Shown: positions 13,560 to 25,499 of the stretch, piece after piece
Layout: each line of letters starts with the position of its first letter
Position numbering within the stretch: position 1 is the first letter of the stretch
Assembly: GCF_963921235.1 (NCBI RefSeq)
Contig: NC_086097.1
Location: 66,094,001 to 66,158,000 of the forward strand
Source: Mobula hypostoma
Lineage: Eukaryota
Reading direction: 5' to 3'
Length of the DNA stretch: 64,000 nt
Made by a program: the position numbers and the translations under genes
Notes under the pieces: generated by a model
Told to the model about the DNA's origin: nothing
Databases searched by the model: none
Seen by the model: the letters and a program-made list of their open reading frames with translations, nothing else

Positions 13560-16500
13560 CTAGATGTGAGGCTGGAGGCTGGAGTCTACGGGCGAGGTGA
13601 GGCTGGAGACTAGGGGCGAGGCTGGAGGCTGGAGACGAGGGGCGAGGCAACGCTGGAGACTAGGGGCGAGGCTGGAGACTAGAGGCGAGGCTGGAGATGA
13701 GAGGCAATGCGAGATTGGAGGTTGGAGATTAGGGGCGAGGCGAGGCTGCAGGCTGGAGACTAGTGGCGAGGCAAGGCTGGAGACTAGGGGCGAGGCTGGA
13801 GACTAGGGGCGAGGCTGGAGGCTGGAGACAAGGGGCGGGGCGAGGCTGGAGACAAGGGGCGGGGCGAGGCTGCAGGCTGGAGACTAGGGGCGAGGCCGGA
13901 GGCTGGAGACCAGGGGCGAGGCGAGGCTGGAGGCTGGAGACCAGGGGCGGGGCGAGGCGAGGCTGGAGGTTGGAGACTAGGGGCGAGGCTGGAGGTTGGA
14001 GAGCAGGGGCGAGGCTGGAGGCTGCAGACCAGAGGCAATGTGAGGCTGTAGGCTGGAGATTAGGGGCGAGGCGAGGCTGCAGGCTGGAGACTAGGGGCGA
14101 GATTGGAGGTTGGAGACTAGGGGCGTAAACAGGCTGTAGGCTGGAGATTAGGGGCGAGGCGAGGCTGCAGGCTGGAGACTAGTGGCGAGGCGAGGCTGGA
14201 GACCAGATGTGAGGCTGGAGGCTGGAGTCTGGGGGCGAGGTGAGGCAGGAGACTAGGGGCGAGGCTGGAGGCTGGAGACTAGAGGCGAGGCTGGAGGCTG
14301 GAGACTAGGGGCGAGGCTGGAGGCTGGACACTAGGGGCGTGGCAACGCTGGAGACTAGGGGCGAGGCTGGAGACTAGAGGCGAGGCTGGAGATGAGAGGC
14401 AATGTGAGATTGGAGGTTGGAGATTAGGGGCGAGGCGAGGCTGCAGGCTGGAGACTAGTGGCGAGGCGAGGCTGGAGACTAGAGGCGAGGCGAGGCTGGA
14501 GTCAAGGGGCGAGGCGAGGCTGGAGACAAGGGGCGGGGCAAGGCTGGAGGCTGGAGACTAGGGGCGAGGCTGGAGGCTGGAGACCAGGGGCGAGGCGAGG
14601 CTGGAGACCAGGGGCGGGGCGAGGCGAGGCTGGAGGTTGGAGACCAGGGGTGAGGCGGGGCTGGAGGTTGGAGACTAGGGGCGGGGCGAGGCTGGAGGCT
14701 GGAGACTGGGGGCGAGGCTGGAGACTGGAGGCGAGGCTGGAGACTAGGGGCGAGGCCAGGCTGGGGGCTGGAGACCAGGGGCGAGGCGGGGCTGGAGGCT
14801 GGAGAGCAGGGGCGAGGCTGGAGGATGCAGACCAGAGGCAACGTGAGGCTGTAGGGTGGAGACTCGGGGCAGGGCGAGGCTGGAGGGTGGATTCTAGGGG
14901 CAGGGCGAGGCTGGAGACTTGATGCGAGGCTGGCGGCTGGAGACCAGGGGCGGGGCGAGGCTGGAGATTAGAGGCGAGGCAAGGCTGGAGACTAGAGACG
15001 AGGCTGGAGGCTGCAGACGAGACGCAATGTGAGGCTGGAGGCTGGAAACTAGGGGCGGGGCTCGGGGCTGGAGACTGGGGTCGAGGCGAGGCTGGAGACT
15101 GGGGGCGAGGCTGGAGACTAGGGGCGAGGCGAGGCTGGAGACTGGGGGCGAGGCTGGAGTCTGGAGACTAGGGGCGAGGTTGGAGGTTGGAGACTAGGGG
15201 CGTGAACAGGCTGTAGGCTGGAGATTAGGGGCGAGGCGAGGCTGCAGGCTGGAGACTAGTGGCGAGGCGAGGCTGGAGACTAGATGTGAGGCTGGAGGCT
15301 GGAGTCTAGGGGCGAGGTGAGGCTGGAGACTAGGGGCGAGGCTGGAGACTAGAGGCGAGGCTGGAGATGAGAGGCAATGCGAGATTGGAGGTTGGAGATT
15401 AGGGGCGAGGCGAGGCTGCATGCTGGAGACTAGTGGCGAGGCAAGGCTGGAGACTAGAGGCAAGGCTGGAGGCTGGAGACTAGGGGCGAGGCTGGAGGCT
15501 GGAGACAAGGGGCGGGGCGAGGCTGGAGGCTGGAGACCAGGGGCGGGGCGAGGCGAGGCTGGAGGTTGGAGACCAGGGGTGAGGCGGGGCTGGCGGTTGG
15601 AGACTAGGGGCGGGGCGAGGCTGGAGACTGGAGGCGAGGCTGGAGACGAGGGGCGAGGCGAGTCTGGGGGCTGGAGACCAGGGGTGAGGCGGGGCTGGAG
15701 GCTGGAGACCAGGGGCGAGGCGAGGCTGGAGACTGGGGGCGAGGCTGGAGACTAGAGGCGAGGCTGGAGATGAGAGGCAATGCGAGATTGGAGGTTGGAG
15801 ATTAGGGGCGAGGCGAGGCTGCAGGCTGGAGACTAGTGGCGAGGCAAGGCTGGAGACTAGAGGCGAGGCTGGAGGCTGGAGACTAGGGGCGAGGCTGGAG
15901 GCTGGAGACAAGGGGCGGGGCGAGGCTGGAGGCTGGAGACAAGGGGCGGGGCGAGGCTGGAGACAAGGGGCGGGGCGAGGCTGGAGGCTGGAGACTAGGG
16001 GCGAGGCGAGGCTGGAGGCTGGAGACCAGGGGCGGGGCGAGGCGAGGCTGGAGGTTGGAGACCAGGGGTGAGGCGGGGCTGGCGGTTGGAGACTAGGGGC
16101 GGGGCGAGGCTGGAGACTGGAGGCGAGGCTGGAGACTAGGGGCGAGGCGAGTCTGGGGGCTGGAGACCAGGGGTGAGGCGGGGCTGGAGGCTGGAGACCA
16201 GGGGCGAGGCGAGGCTGGAGACTGGGGGCGAGGCTGGAGGCTGGGGGCGAGGCTGGAGGCTGGAGACGAGAGGCGAGGCTGGAGACTAGGGGCGAGGCTG
16301 GAGGCTGGAGACTAGGGGCGAGGCTGGAGGCTGGAGACTAGGGGCGGGGCGAGTCTGGAGACAAGGGGCGGGGCGAGGCTGGAGGCTGGAGACTAGGGGC
16401 GAGGCTGGAGGCTGGAGACCAGGGGCGAGGCTGGAGACTAGGGGCGAGGCAACGCTGGAGACTAGGGGCGAGGCTGGAGACTAGAGGCGAGGCTGGAGAT

Positions 16501-19500
16501 GAGAGGCAATGCGAGATTGGAGGTTGGAGATTAGGGGCGAGGCGAGGCTGCAGGCTGGAGACTAGTGGCGAGGCGAGGCTGGAGACTAGGGGCGAGGCTG
16601 GAGGCTGGAGACTCGGGGCGAGGCTGGAGGCTGGAGACAAGGGGCGGGGCGTGGCTGGAGACATGGGGCGGGGCGAGGCTGGAGGCTGGAGACTAGGGGC
16701 GAGGCTGGAGGCTGGAGACCAGGGGCGGGGCGAGGCGAGGCTGGAGGTTGGAGACCAGGGGTGAGGCGGGTCTGGAGGTTGGAGACTAGGGGCGGGGCGA
16801 GGCTGGAGGCTGGAGACTGGAGGCGAGGCTGGAGACTAGAGGCGAGGCTGGGGGCTGGAGACCAGGGGCGAGGCGGGGCTGGAGGCTGGAGAGCAGGGGT
16901 GAAGCTGGAGGCTGCGACTAGAGGCAACGTTAGGCTGTAGGCTGGAGACGAGGGGCAGGGCGAGGCTGGAGGGTGGATTCTAGGGGCAGGGCGAGGCTGG
17001 AGACTTGATGCGAGGCTGGCGGCTGGAGACTAGGGGCGGGGCGAGGCTGGAGATTAGAGGCGAGGCAAGGCTGGAGACTAGAGACGAGGCTGGAGGCTGG
17101 AAACTAGGGGCGGGGCTCGGGGCTGGAGACTGGGGGCGAGGCAAGGCTGGAGACTGGGGTCGAGGCGAGGCTGGAGACTGGGGGCGAGGCTGGAGACTAG
17201 GGGTGAGGTGAGGCTGGAGACTGGGGGCGAGGCTGGAGGCTAGAGACTAGGGGCGAGGTTGGAGGTTGGAGACTAGGGGCGTGAACAGGCTGTAGGCTGG
17301 AGATTAGGGGCGAGGCGAGGCTGGAGGCTGGAGACTAGGGGCGGGGCGAGGCGAGGCTGGAGGTTGGAGACCAGGGGTGTGGCGGGGCTGGAGGTTGGAG
17401 ACTAGGGGCGGGGCGAGGCTGGAGGCTGGAGACTGGGGGCGAGGCTGGAGGCTGGAGAATGGAGGCGAGGCTGGAGACTCGGGGCGAGGCGAGGCTGGGG
17501 GCTGGAGACCAGGGGTGAGGCGGGCTGGAGGCTGGAGACCAGGGGCGAGGCGGGCTGGAGGCTGGAGAGCAGGGGCGAGGCTGGAGGCTGCAGACCAGAG
17601 GCAACATGAGGCTGTAGGCTGGAGATTAGGGGCGAGGCGAGGCTGCAGGCTGGAGACTAGTGGCGAGGCGAGGCTGGAGACTAGATGTGAGGCTGGAGGC
17701 TGGAGTCTACGGGCGAGGTGAGGCTGGAGACTAGGGGCGAGGCTGGAGGCTGGAGACTAGGGGCGAGGCAACGCTGGAGACTAGGGGCGAGGCTGGAGAC
17801 TAGAGGCGAGGCTGGAGATGAGAGGCAATGCGAGATTGGAGGTTGGAGATTAGGGGCGAGGCGAGGCTGCAGGCTGGAGACTAGTGGCGAGGCAAGGCTG
17901 GAGACTAGGGGCGAGGCTGGAGACTAGGGGCGAGGCTGGAGGCTGGAGACAAGGGGCGGGGCGAGGCTGGAGACAAGGGGCGGGGCGAGGCTGGAGGCTG
18001 GAGACTAGGGGCGAGGCTGGAGGCTGGAGACCAGGGGCGAGGCGAGGCAGGAGGCTGGAGACCAGGGGCGGGGTGAGGCGAGGCTGGAGGTTGGAGAGCA
18101 GGGGCGAGGCTGGAGGCTGCAGACCAGAGGCAATGTGAGGCTGTAGGCTGGAGATTAGGGGCGAGGCGAGGCTGCAGGCTGGAGACTAGGGGCGAGATTG
18201 GAGGTTGGAGACTAGGGGCGTGAACAGGCTGTAGGCTGGAGATTAGGGGCGAGGCGAGGCTGCAGGCTGGAGACTAGTGGCGAGGCGAGGCTGGAGACCA
18301 GATGTGAGGCTGGAGGCTGGAGTCTAGGGGCGAGGTGAGGCAGGAGACTAGGGGCGAGGCTGGAGGCTGGAGACTAGAGGCGAGGCTGGAGGCTGGAGAC
18401 TAGTGGCGAGGCTGGAGGCTGGAGACTCGGGGCGTGGCAACGCTGGAGACTAGGGGCGAGGCTGGAGACTAGAGGCGAGGCTGGAGATGAGAGGCAATGT
18501 GAGATTGGAGGTTGGAGATTAGGGGCGAGGCGAGGCTGCAGGCTGGAGACTAGTGGCGAGGCGAGGCTGGAGACTGGAGGCGAGGCGAGGCTGGAGACAA
18601 GGGGCGAGGCGAGGCTGGAGACAAGGGGCGGGGCGAGGCTGGAGACAAGGGGCGGGGCGAGGCTGGAGGCTGCAGACTAGGGGCGAGGCTGGAGGCTGGA
18701 GACCAGGGGCGAGGCGAGGCTGGAGGCTGGAGACCAGGGGCGGGGCGAGACGAAGCTGGAGATTGGAGACCAGGGGTGAGGCGGGGCTGGAGGTTGGAGA
18801 CTAGGGGCGGGGCGAGGCTGGAGGATGGAGACTGGGGGCGAGGCTGGAGGCTGGAGACTGGAGGCGAGGCTGGAGACTAGGGGCGAGGCCAGGCTGGGGG
18901 CTGGAGACCAGGGGCGAGGCGGGGCTGGAGGCTGGAGAGCAGGGGCGAGGCTGGAGGATGCAGACCAGAGGCAACGTGAGGCTGTAGGCTGGAGACTCGG
19001 GGCAGGGCGAGGCTGGAGGGTGTATTCTAGGGGCAGGGCGAGGCTGGAGACTTGATGCGAGGCTGGCGGCTGGAGACTAGGGGCGGGGCGAGGCTGGAGA
19101 TTAGAGGCGAGGCAAGGCTGGAGACTAGAGACGAGGCTGGAGGCTGCAGACGAGACGCAATGTGAGGCTGGAGGCTGGAAACTAGGGGCGGGGCTCGGGG
19201 CTGGAGACTGGGGTCGAGGCGAGGCTGGAGACTGGGGGCGAGGCTGGAGACGAGGGGCGAGGCGAGGCTGGAGACTGGGGGCGAGGCTGGAGGCTAGAGA
19301 CTTGGGGCGAGGTTGGAGGTTGGAGACTAGGGGCGTGAACAGGCTGTAGGCTGGAGATTAGGGGCGAGGCGAGGCTGCAGGCTGGAGACTAGTGGCGAGG
19401 CGAGGCTGGAGACTAGATGTGAGGCTGGAGGCTGGAGTCTAGGGGCGAGGTGAGGCTGGAGACTAGGGGCGAGGCTGGAGACTAGAGGCGAGGCTGGAGA

Positions 19501-20580
19501 TGAGAGGCAATGCGAGATTGGAGGTTGGAGATTAGGGGCGAGGCGAGGCTGCAGGCTGGAGACTAGTGGCGAGGCAAGGCTGGAGAATAGAGGCGAGGCT
19601 GGAGGCTGGAGACTAGGGGCGAGGCTGGAGGCTGGAGACAAGGGGCGGGGCGAGGCTGGAGACAAGGGGCGGGGCGAGGCTGGAGGCTGGAGACTGGGGG
19701 CGAGGCGAGGCTGGAGGCTGGAGACCAGGGGCGGGGCGAGGCGAGGCTGGAGGTTGGAGACCAGGGGTGAGGCGGGGCTGGCGGTTGGAGACTAGGGGCG
19801 GGGCGAGGCTGGAGACTGGAGGCGAGGCTGGAGACTAGGGGCGAGACGAGTCTGGGGGCTGGAGTCCAGGGGTGAGGCGGGCCTGGAGGCTGGAGACCAG
19901 GGGCGAGGCGAGGCTGGAGACTGGGGGCGAGGCTGGAGACTAGAGGCGAGGCTGGAGATGAGAGGCAATGCGAGATTGGAGGTTGGAGATTAGGGGCGAG
20001 GCGAGGCTGCAGGCTGGAGACTAGTGGCGAGGCAAGGCTGGAGACTAGAGGCGAGGCTGGAGGCTGGAGACTAGGGGCGAGGCTGGAGGCTGGAGACAAG
20101 GGGCGGGGCGAGGCTGGAGACAAGGGGCGGGGCGAGGCTGGAGGCTGGAGACTAGGGGCGAGGCGAGGCTGGAGGCTGGAGACCAGGGGCGGGGCGATGC
20201 GAGGCTGGAGGTTGGAGACCAGGGGTGAGGCGGGGCTGGCGGTTGGAGACTAAGGGCGGGGCGAGGCTGGAGACTGGAGGCGAGGCTGGAGACTAGGGGC
20301 GAGGCGAGTCTGGGGGCTGGAGACCAGGGGTGAGGCGGGGCTGGAGGCTGGAGACCAGGGGCGAGGCGAGGCTGGAGACTGGGGGCGAGGCTGGAGGCTG
20401 GGGGCGAGGCTGGAGGCTGGAGACCAGAGGCGATGCTGGAGACTAGGGGCGAGGCTGGAGGCTGGAGACTAGGGGCGAGGCTGGAGGCTGGAGACTAGGG
20501 ACGGGGCGAGTCTGGAGACAAGGGGCGGGGCGAGGCTGGAGGCTGGAGACTAGGGGCGAGGCTGGAGGCTGGAGACCAGG
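13560..20580 (+). repeat. Older ~4.1-kb-period duplication (~13560-16430 vs ~17680-20580)
   Basis: ORF offsets are 4121 (13597/17718, 13763/17884), 4095, 4133 and 4157. Shared rare variants: GAGTCTACGGG, GTGAGGCAGGAG, GAGACGCAATG, GGCTGGCGGTTGG. Confidence 0.8.
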
Positions 20581-23500
20581 GGCGAGGCGAGGCTGGAGAC
20601 CAGGGGCGGGGCGAGGCGAGGCTGGAGGTTGGAGACCAGGGGTAAGGCGGGGCTGGAGTTTGGAGACTAGGGGCGGGGCGAGGTTGGAGACTGGAGGCGA
20701 GGCTGGAGACGAGGGGCGAGGCGAGTCTGGGGGTTGGAGACCAGGGGTGAGGCGGGGCTGGAGGCTGGAGACCAGGGGCGAGGCGAGGCTGGAGACTGGG
20801 GGCGAGGCTGGAGACTGGGGGCAAGGCTGGAGGCTGGAGACTAGAGGCGAGGCTGGAGACTAGGGGTGAGGTTGGAGGCTGGAGACTAGGGGCATGAACA
20901 GGCTGCAGGTTGGAGATTAGGGGCGAGGCGAGGCTGCAGGCTGGAGACTAGAGGCGAGGCGAGGCTGGAGACTAGAGGCGAGGCTGGAGGCTGGAGACTA
21001 GGGGCGGGGCGTGGCTGGAGACTGGGGGCGTGGCAAGGCTGGAGACTGTGGGCGAGGCGAGGCTGGAGACTTGAGACTGGAGGCGAGGCTGGAGACTGGG
21101 GGGCGAGGCGAGGCTGGAGACTGGTGGCGAGGCGAGACTGGAGACTTGAGACTGGAGGCGAGGCTGGAGAATAGGGGCGGGGCGAGGCTGGAGACTGGAG
21201 ACTGGAGGCGAGGCTGGAGACTAGGGGCGAGGCGAGTCTGGGGGCTGGAGACTAGGGGCGGGATGAGGCTGGAGGCTGAAGATTAGAGGCGAGGCAAGGC
21301 TGGAGACTAGAGACGAGGCTGGAGGCTGCAGACGAGAGGCAATGTGAGGCTGGGGGGTGGAAACCAGGGGCGGGGCTCGGGGCTGGAGACTGGGGGCGGG
21401 GCGAGGCTGGAGACTGGGGGCGGGGCGAGTCTGGAGACTAGGGGCGAGGCAAGGCTGGAGACTGGGGGCGAGGCTGAAGACTGGGGGCGAGGCTGGAGGC
21501 TGGAGACTAGAGGCGTGGCTGGAGACTAGGGGTGAGGTTGGAGGCTGGAGACTAGGGGCGTGAACAGGCTGGAGGCTGGAGACTAGAGGCGAGGCTGGAG
21601 ACTAGGGGCGAGGCTGGAGGCTGGATACTAGGGGCGGGGCGAGGCTGGAGACAAGGGGTGGGGCGAGGCTGGAGGCTGGAGACTAGGGGCGAGGCTGGAG
21701 GCTGGAGACCAGGGGCGAGGCGAGGCTGGAGACTAGAGGCGAGGCTGGAGGCTGGAGACTAGGGGCGTGAACAGGCTGCAGGTTGGAGATTAGGGGCGAG
21801 GCAAGGCTGCAGGCTGGAGACTCGTGGCGAGGCGAGGCTGGAGACTAGAGGCGAGGCTGGAGGCTGGAGACTAGGGGCGAGGCTGGAGGCTGGAGACTAG
21901 GGGCGGGGCGAGGCTGGAGACAAGGGGCGGGGCGAGGCTGGAGGCTGGAGACTAGGGGCGAGGCTGGAGGCTGGAGACCAGGGGCGGGGCGAGGCGAGGC
22001 TGGAGGTTGGAGACCAGGGGTGAGGCGGGGCTGGATTTTGGAGACTAGGGGCGGGGCGAGGCTGGAGGCTGGAGACTGGAGGTGAGGCTGGAGACTAGGG
22101 GTGAGGCGAGTCTGGGGGCTGGAGACCAGGGGTGTGGCGGGGCTGGAGGCTGGAGACCAGGGGCGAGGCGAGGCTGGAGACTGGGGGCGAGGCTGGAGAC
22201 TGGAGGCGAGGCTGGAGGCTGGAGATTAGGGGCGGGGCGTGGCTGGAGACTGGGGGCGTGGCAAGGCTGGAGACTGTGGGTGAGGCGAGGCTGGAGACTT
22301 GAGACTGGAGGCGAGGCTGGAGACTGGGGGGCGAGGCGAGGCTGGAGACTGGAGACTGGAGGCGAGGCTGGAGACTAGGGGCGAGGCGAGTCTGGGGGCT
22401 GGAGACCAGGGGTGAGGCGGGGCTGGAGGCTGGAGACCAGGGGCGAGGCAAGGCTGGAGACTAGAGGCGAGGCTGGAGGCTGCAGACTAGAGGCAATGCG
22501 AGGCTGGCGGCTGGAGACTAGGGGCAGGATGAGGCTGGAGGCTGGAGATTAGAGGCGAGGCAAGGCTGGAGGCTAGAGACGAGGCTGGAGCCTGCAGACG
22601 AGAGGCAATGTGAGGCTGGAGGGTGGAAACAAGGGGCGGGGCTCGGGGCTGGAGACTGGGGGCGGGGCAAGGCTGGAGACTGGGGGCGAGGCTGAAGACT
22701 GGGGGCGAGGCTGAAGACTGGGAGCGAGGCTGGAGACTAGAGGCGAGGCTGGAGACCAGGGGCGTGAACAGGCTGCAGGTTGGAGATTAGGGGCGAAGCG
22801 AGGCTGCAGCCTGGAGACTAGTGGCGAGGCGAGGCTGGAGACCAGGGGCGAGGCTGGAGGCTGGAGACTGGAGACCAGGGGCGAGGCTGGAGGCTGGAGA
22901 CAAGGGGCGGGGCGAGGTTGGAGACAAGGGGCGGGGCGAGGCTGGAGGCTGGAGACTAGGGGCGAGGCTGGAGGCTGGAGACCAGGGGCGAGGCGAGGCT
23001 GGAGGCTGGAGACCAGGGGTGAGGCGGGGCTGGAGGTTGGAGACTAGGGGCGAGGCTGGAGGCTGGAGACTGGAGGCGAGGCTGGAGACTAGGGGCGAGG
23101 CGAGTCTGGGGGCTGGAGACCAGGGGTGAGGCGGGGCTGGAGGCTGGAGACCAGGGGCGAGGCGAGGCTGGAGACTGGGGGCGAGGCTGGAGACTGGGGG
23201 CGAGGCTGGAGGCTGGAGACTAGAGGCGAGGCTGGAGACTAGGGGTGAGGTTGGAGGCTGGAGACTAGGGGTGAGGTTGGAGGCTGGAGACAAGGGGCAT
23301 GAACAGGCTGCAGGTTGGAGATTAGGGGCGAGGCGAGGCTGCAGGCTGGAGACTAGTGGCGAGGCGAGGCTGAAGACTGGAGGCGAGGCTAGAGGCTGGA
23401 GATGAGGGGCGGGGCGAGGCTGGAGACAAGGGGCGGGGCGAGGCTGGAGGCTGGAGACTATGGGCGAGGCGAGGCTTGAGACTAGGGGCGGGGCGAGGCG

Positions 23501-25490
23501 AGGCTGGAGGTTGGAGACCAGGGGTGAGGCGGGGCTGGAGGTTGGAGACTAGGGGCGGGGCGAGGCTGGAGGCTGGAGACTGGGGGCGAGGCTGGAGGCT
23601 GGAGACTGGAGGCGAGGCTGGAGACTAGGGGCGAGGCGAGGCTGGGGGCTGGAGACCAGGGGCGGGGCGAGGCGAGGCTGGAGGTTGGAGACTAGGGGCG
23701 GGGCGAGGCTGGAGGCTGGAGACTGGGGGCGAGGCTGGAGCTGGAGACTGGAGGCGAGGCTGGAGACTAGGGGCGAGGCGAGGCTGGGGGCTGGAGACCA
23801 GGGGCGAGGTGGGGCTGGAGGCTGGAGAGCAGGGGCGAGGCTGGAGTCTGCAGACTAGAGGCAACGTGAGGCTGTAGGCTGGAGACTAGGGGCAGGGCGA
23901 GGCTGGAGGGTGGAGTCTAGGGGCAGTGCAAGGCTGGAGACTTGATGCGAGGCTGGCGGCTGGAGACTAGGGGCGGGGCGAGGCTGGAGATTAGAGGCGA
24001 GGCAAGGCTGGAGACTAGAGACGAGGCTGGAGGCTGCAGACGAGAGGCAATGTGAGGCTGGAGGCTGGAAACTAGGGCCGGGGCTCGGGGCTGGAGACTG
24101 GGGGCGAGGCAATGCTGGAGACTGGGGTCGAGGCGAGGCTGGAGACTAGGGGCGAGGCGAGGCTGGAGACTGGGGGCGAGGCTGGAGGCTAGAGACTAGG
24201 GGCGAGGTTGGAGGTTGGAGACTAGGGGCGTGAACAGGCTGTAGGCTGGAGATTAGGGGCGAGGCGAGGCTGGAGACTAGTGGCGAGGCGAGGCTGGAGA
24301 CTAGATGTGAGGCTGGAGGCTGGAGACTAGAGGCGAGGCTGGAGGCTGGAGACTAGGGGCGAGGCAATGCTGGAGTCTAGGGGCGAGGCTGGAGACTAGA
24401 GGCGAGGCTGGAGATGAGAGGCAATGCGAGATTGGAGGTTGGAGATTAGGGGCGAGGCGAGGCTGCAGGCTGGAGACTAGTGGCGTGGCAAGGCTGGAGA
24501 CTAGAGGCGAGGCTGGAGACAAGGGGCGGGGCGAGTCTGGAGGCTGGAGACTATGGGCGAGGCGAGGCTTGAGACTAGTGGTGAGACTGGAGGCTGGAGA
24601 CCAGGGGCGAGGTGAGGCTGGAGGCTGGAGACCAGGGGCGGGGCGAGGCGAGGCTGGAGATTGGAGACCAGGGGTGAGGCGGGGCTGGAGGTTGGAGACT
24701 AGGGGCGGGGCGAGGCTGGAGGCTGGAGACTGGGGGCGAGGCTGGAGGCTGGAGACTGGAGGCGAGGCTGGAGGCTGGAGTCCAGGGGCGGGGCGAGGCG
24801 AGGCTGGAGGTTGGAGACCAGGGGTGAGGCGGGGCTGGAGGTTGGAGACGAGGGGCGGGGCGAGGCTGGAGGCTGGAGACTGGGGGCGAGGCTGGAGGCT
24901 GGAGACTGGAGGCGAGGCTGGAGACTAGGGGCGGGGCGAGGCTGGAGGCTGGAGACTGGGGGCGAGGCTGGAGGCTGGAGACTGGAGGCGAGGCTGGAGA
25001 CTAGGGGCGAGGCGAGGCTGGGGGCTGGAGACCAGGGGCGGGGCGAGGCGAGGCTGGAGGTTGGAGACTAGGGGCGGGGCGAGGCTGGAGGCTGGAGACT
25101 GGGGGCGAGGCTGGAGCTGGAGACTGGAGGCGAGGCTGGAGACTAGGGGTGAGGCGAGGCTGGGGGCTGGAGACCAGGGGCGAGGTGGGGCTGGAGGCTG
25201 GAGAGCAGGGGCGAGGCTGGAGTCTGCAGACTAGAGGCAACGTGAGGCTGTAGGCTGGAGACTAGGGGCAGGGCGAGGCTGGAGGGTGGAGTCTAGGGGC
25301 AGTGCAAGGCTGGAGACTTGATGCGAGGCTGGCGGCTGGAGACTAGGGGCGGGGCGAGGCTGGAGATTAGAGGCGAGGCAAGGCTGGAGACTAGAGACGA
25401 GGCTGGAGGCTGCAGACGAGAGGCAATGTGAGGCTGGAGGCTGGAAACTAGGGCCGGGGCTCGGGGCTGGAGACTGGGGGCGAGGCAATG
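14348..25490 (+). repeat. 11.1-kb tandem duplication, copy 1 (last ~570 bp is a junction insert not shared with the end of copy 2)
   Basis: A long run of ORFs recurs with identical translations at offsets 11143, then 11124, then 11125 (e.g. 14458/25601, 17005/28129, 19563/30688, 24485/35610). Confidence 0.95.
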
Positions 25491-25499
25491 CTGGAGACT
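24919..25499 (+). repeat. ~580-bp copy of 23543-24123 (offset 1376) at the junction of the 11.1-kb duplication
   Basis: Shares the 1-bp-deletion variant CTGGAGCTGGAG, plus GAGTCTGCAG, GCAGTGCAAGG, TAGGGCCGGGG and GGCAATGCTGG; ORF offsets 23625/25001 and 23855/25231. Confidence 0.9.
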
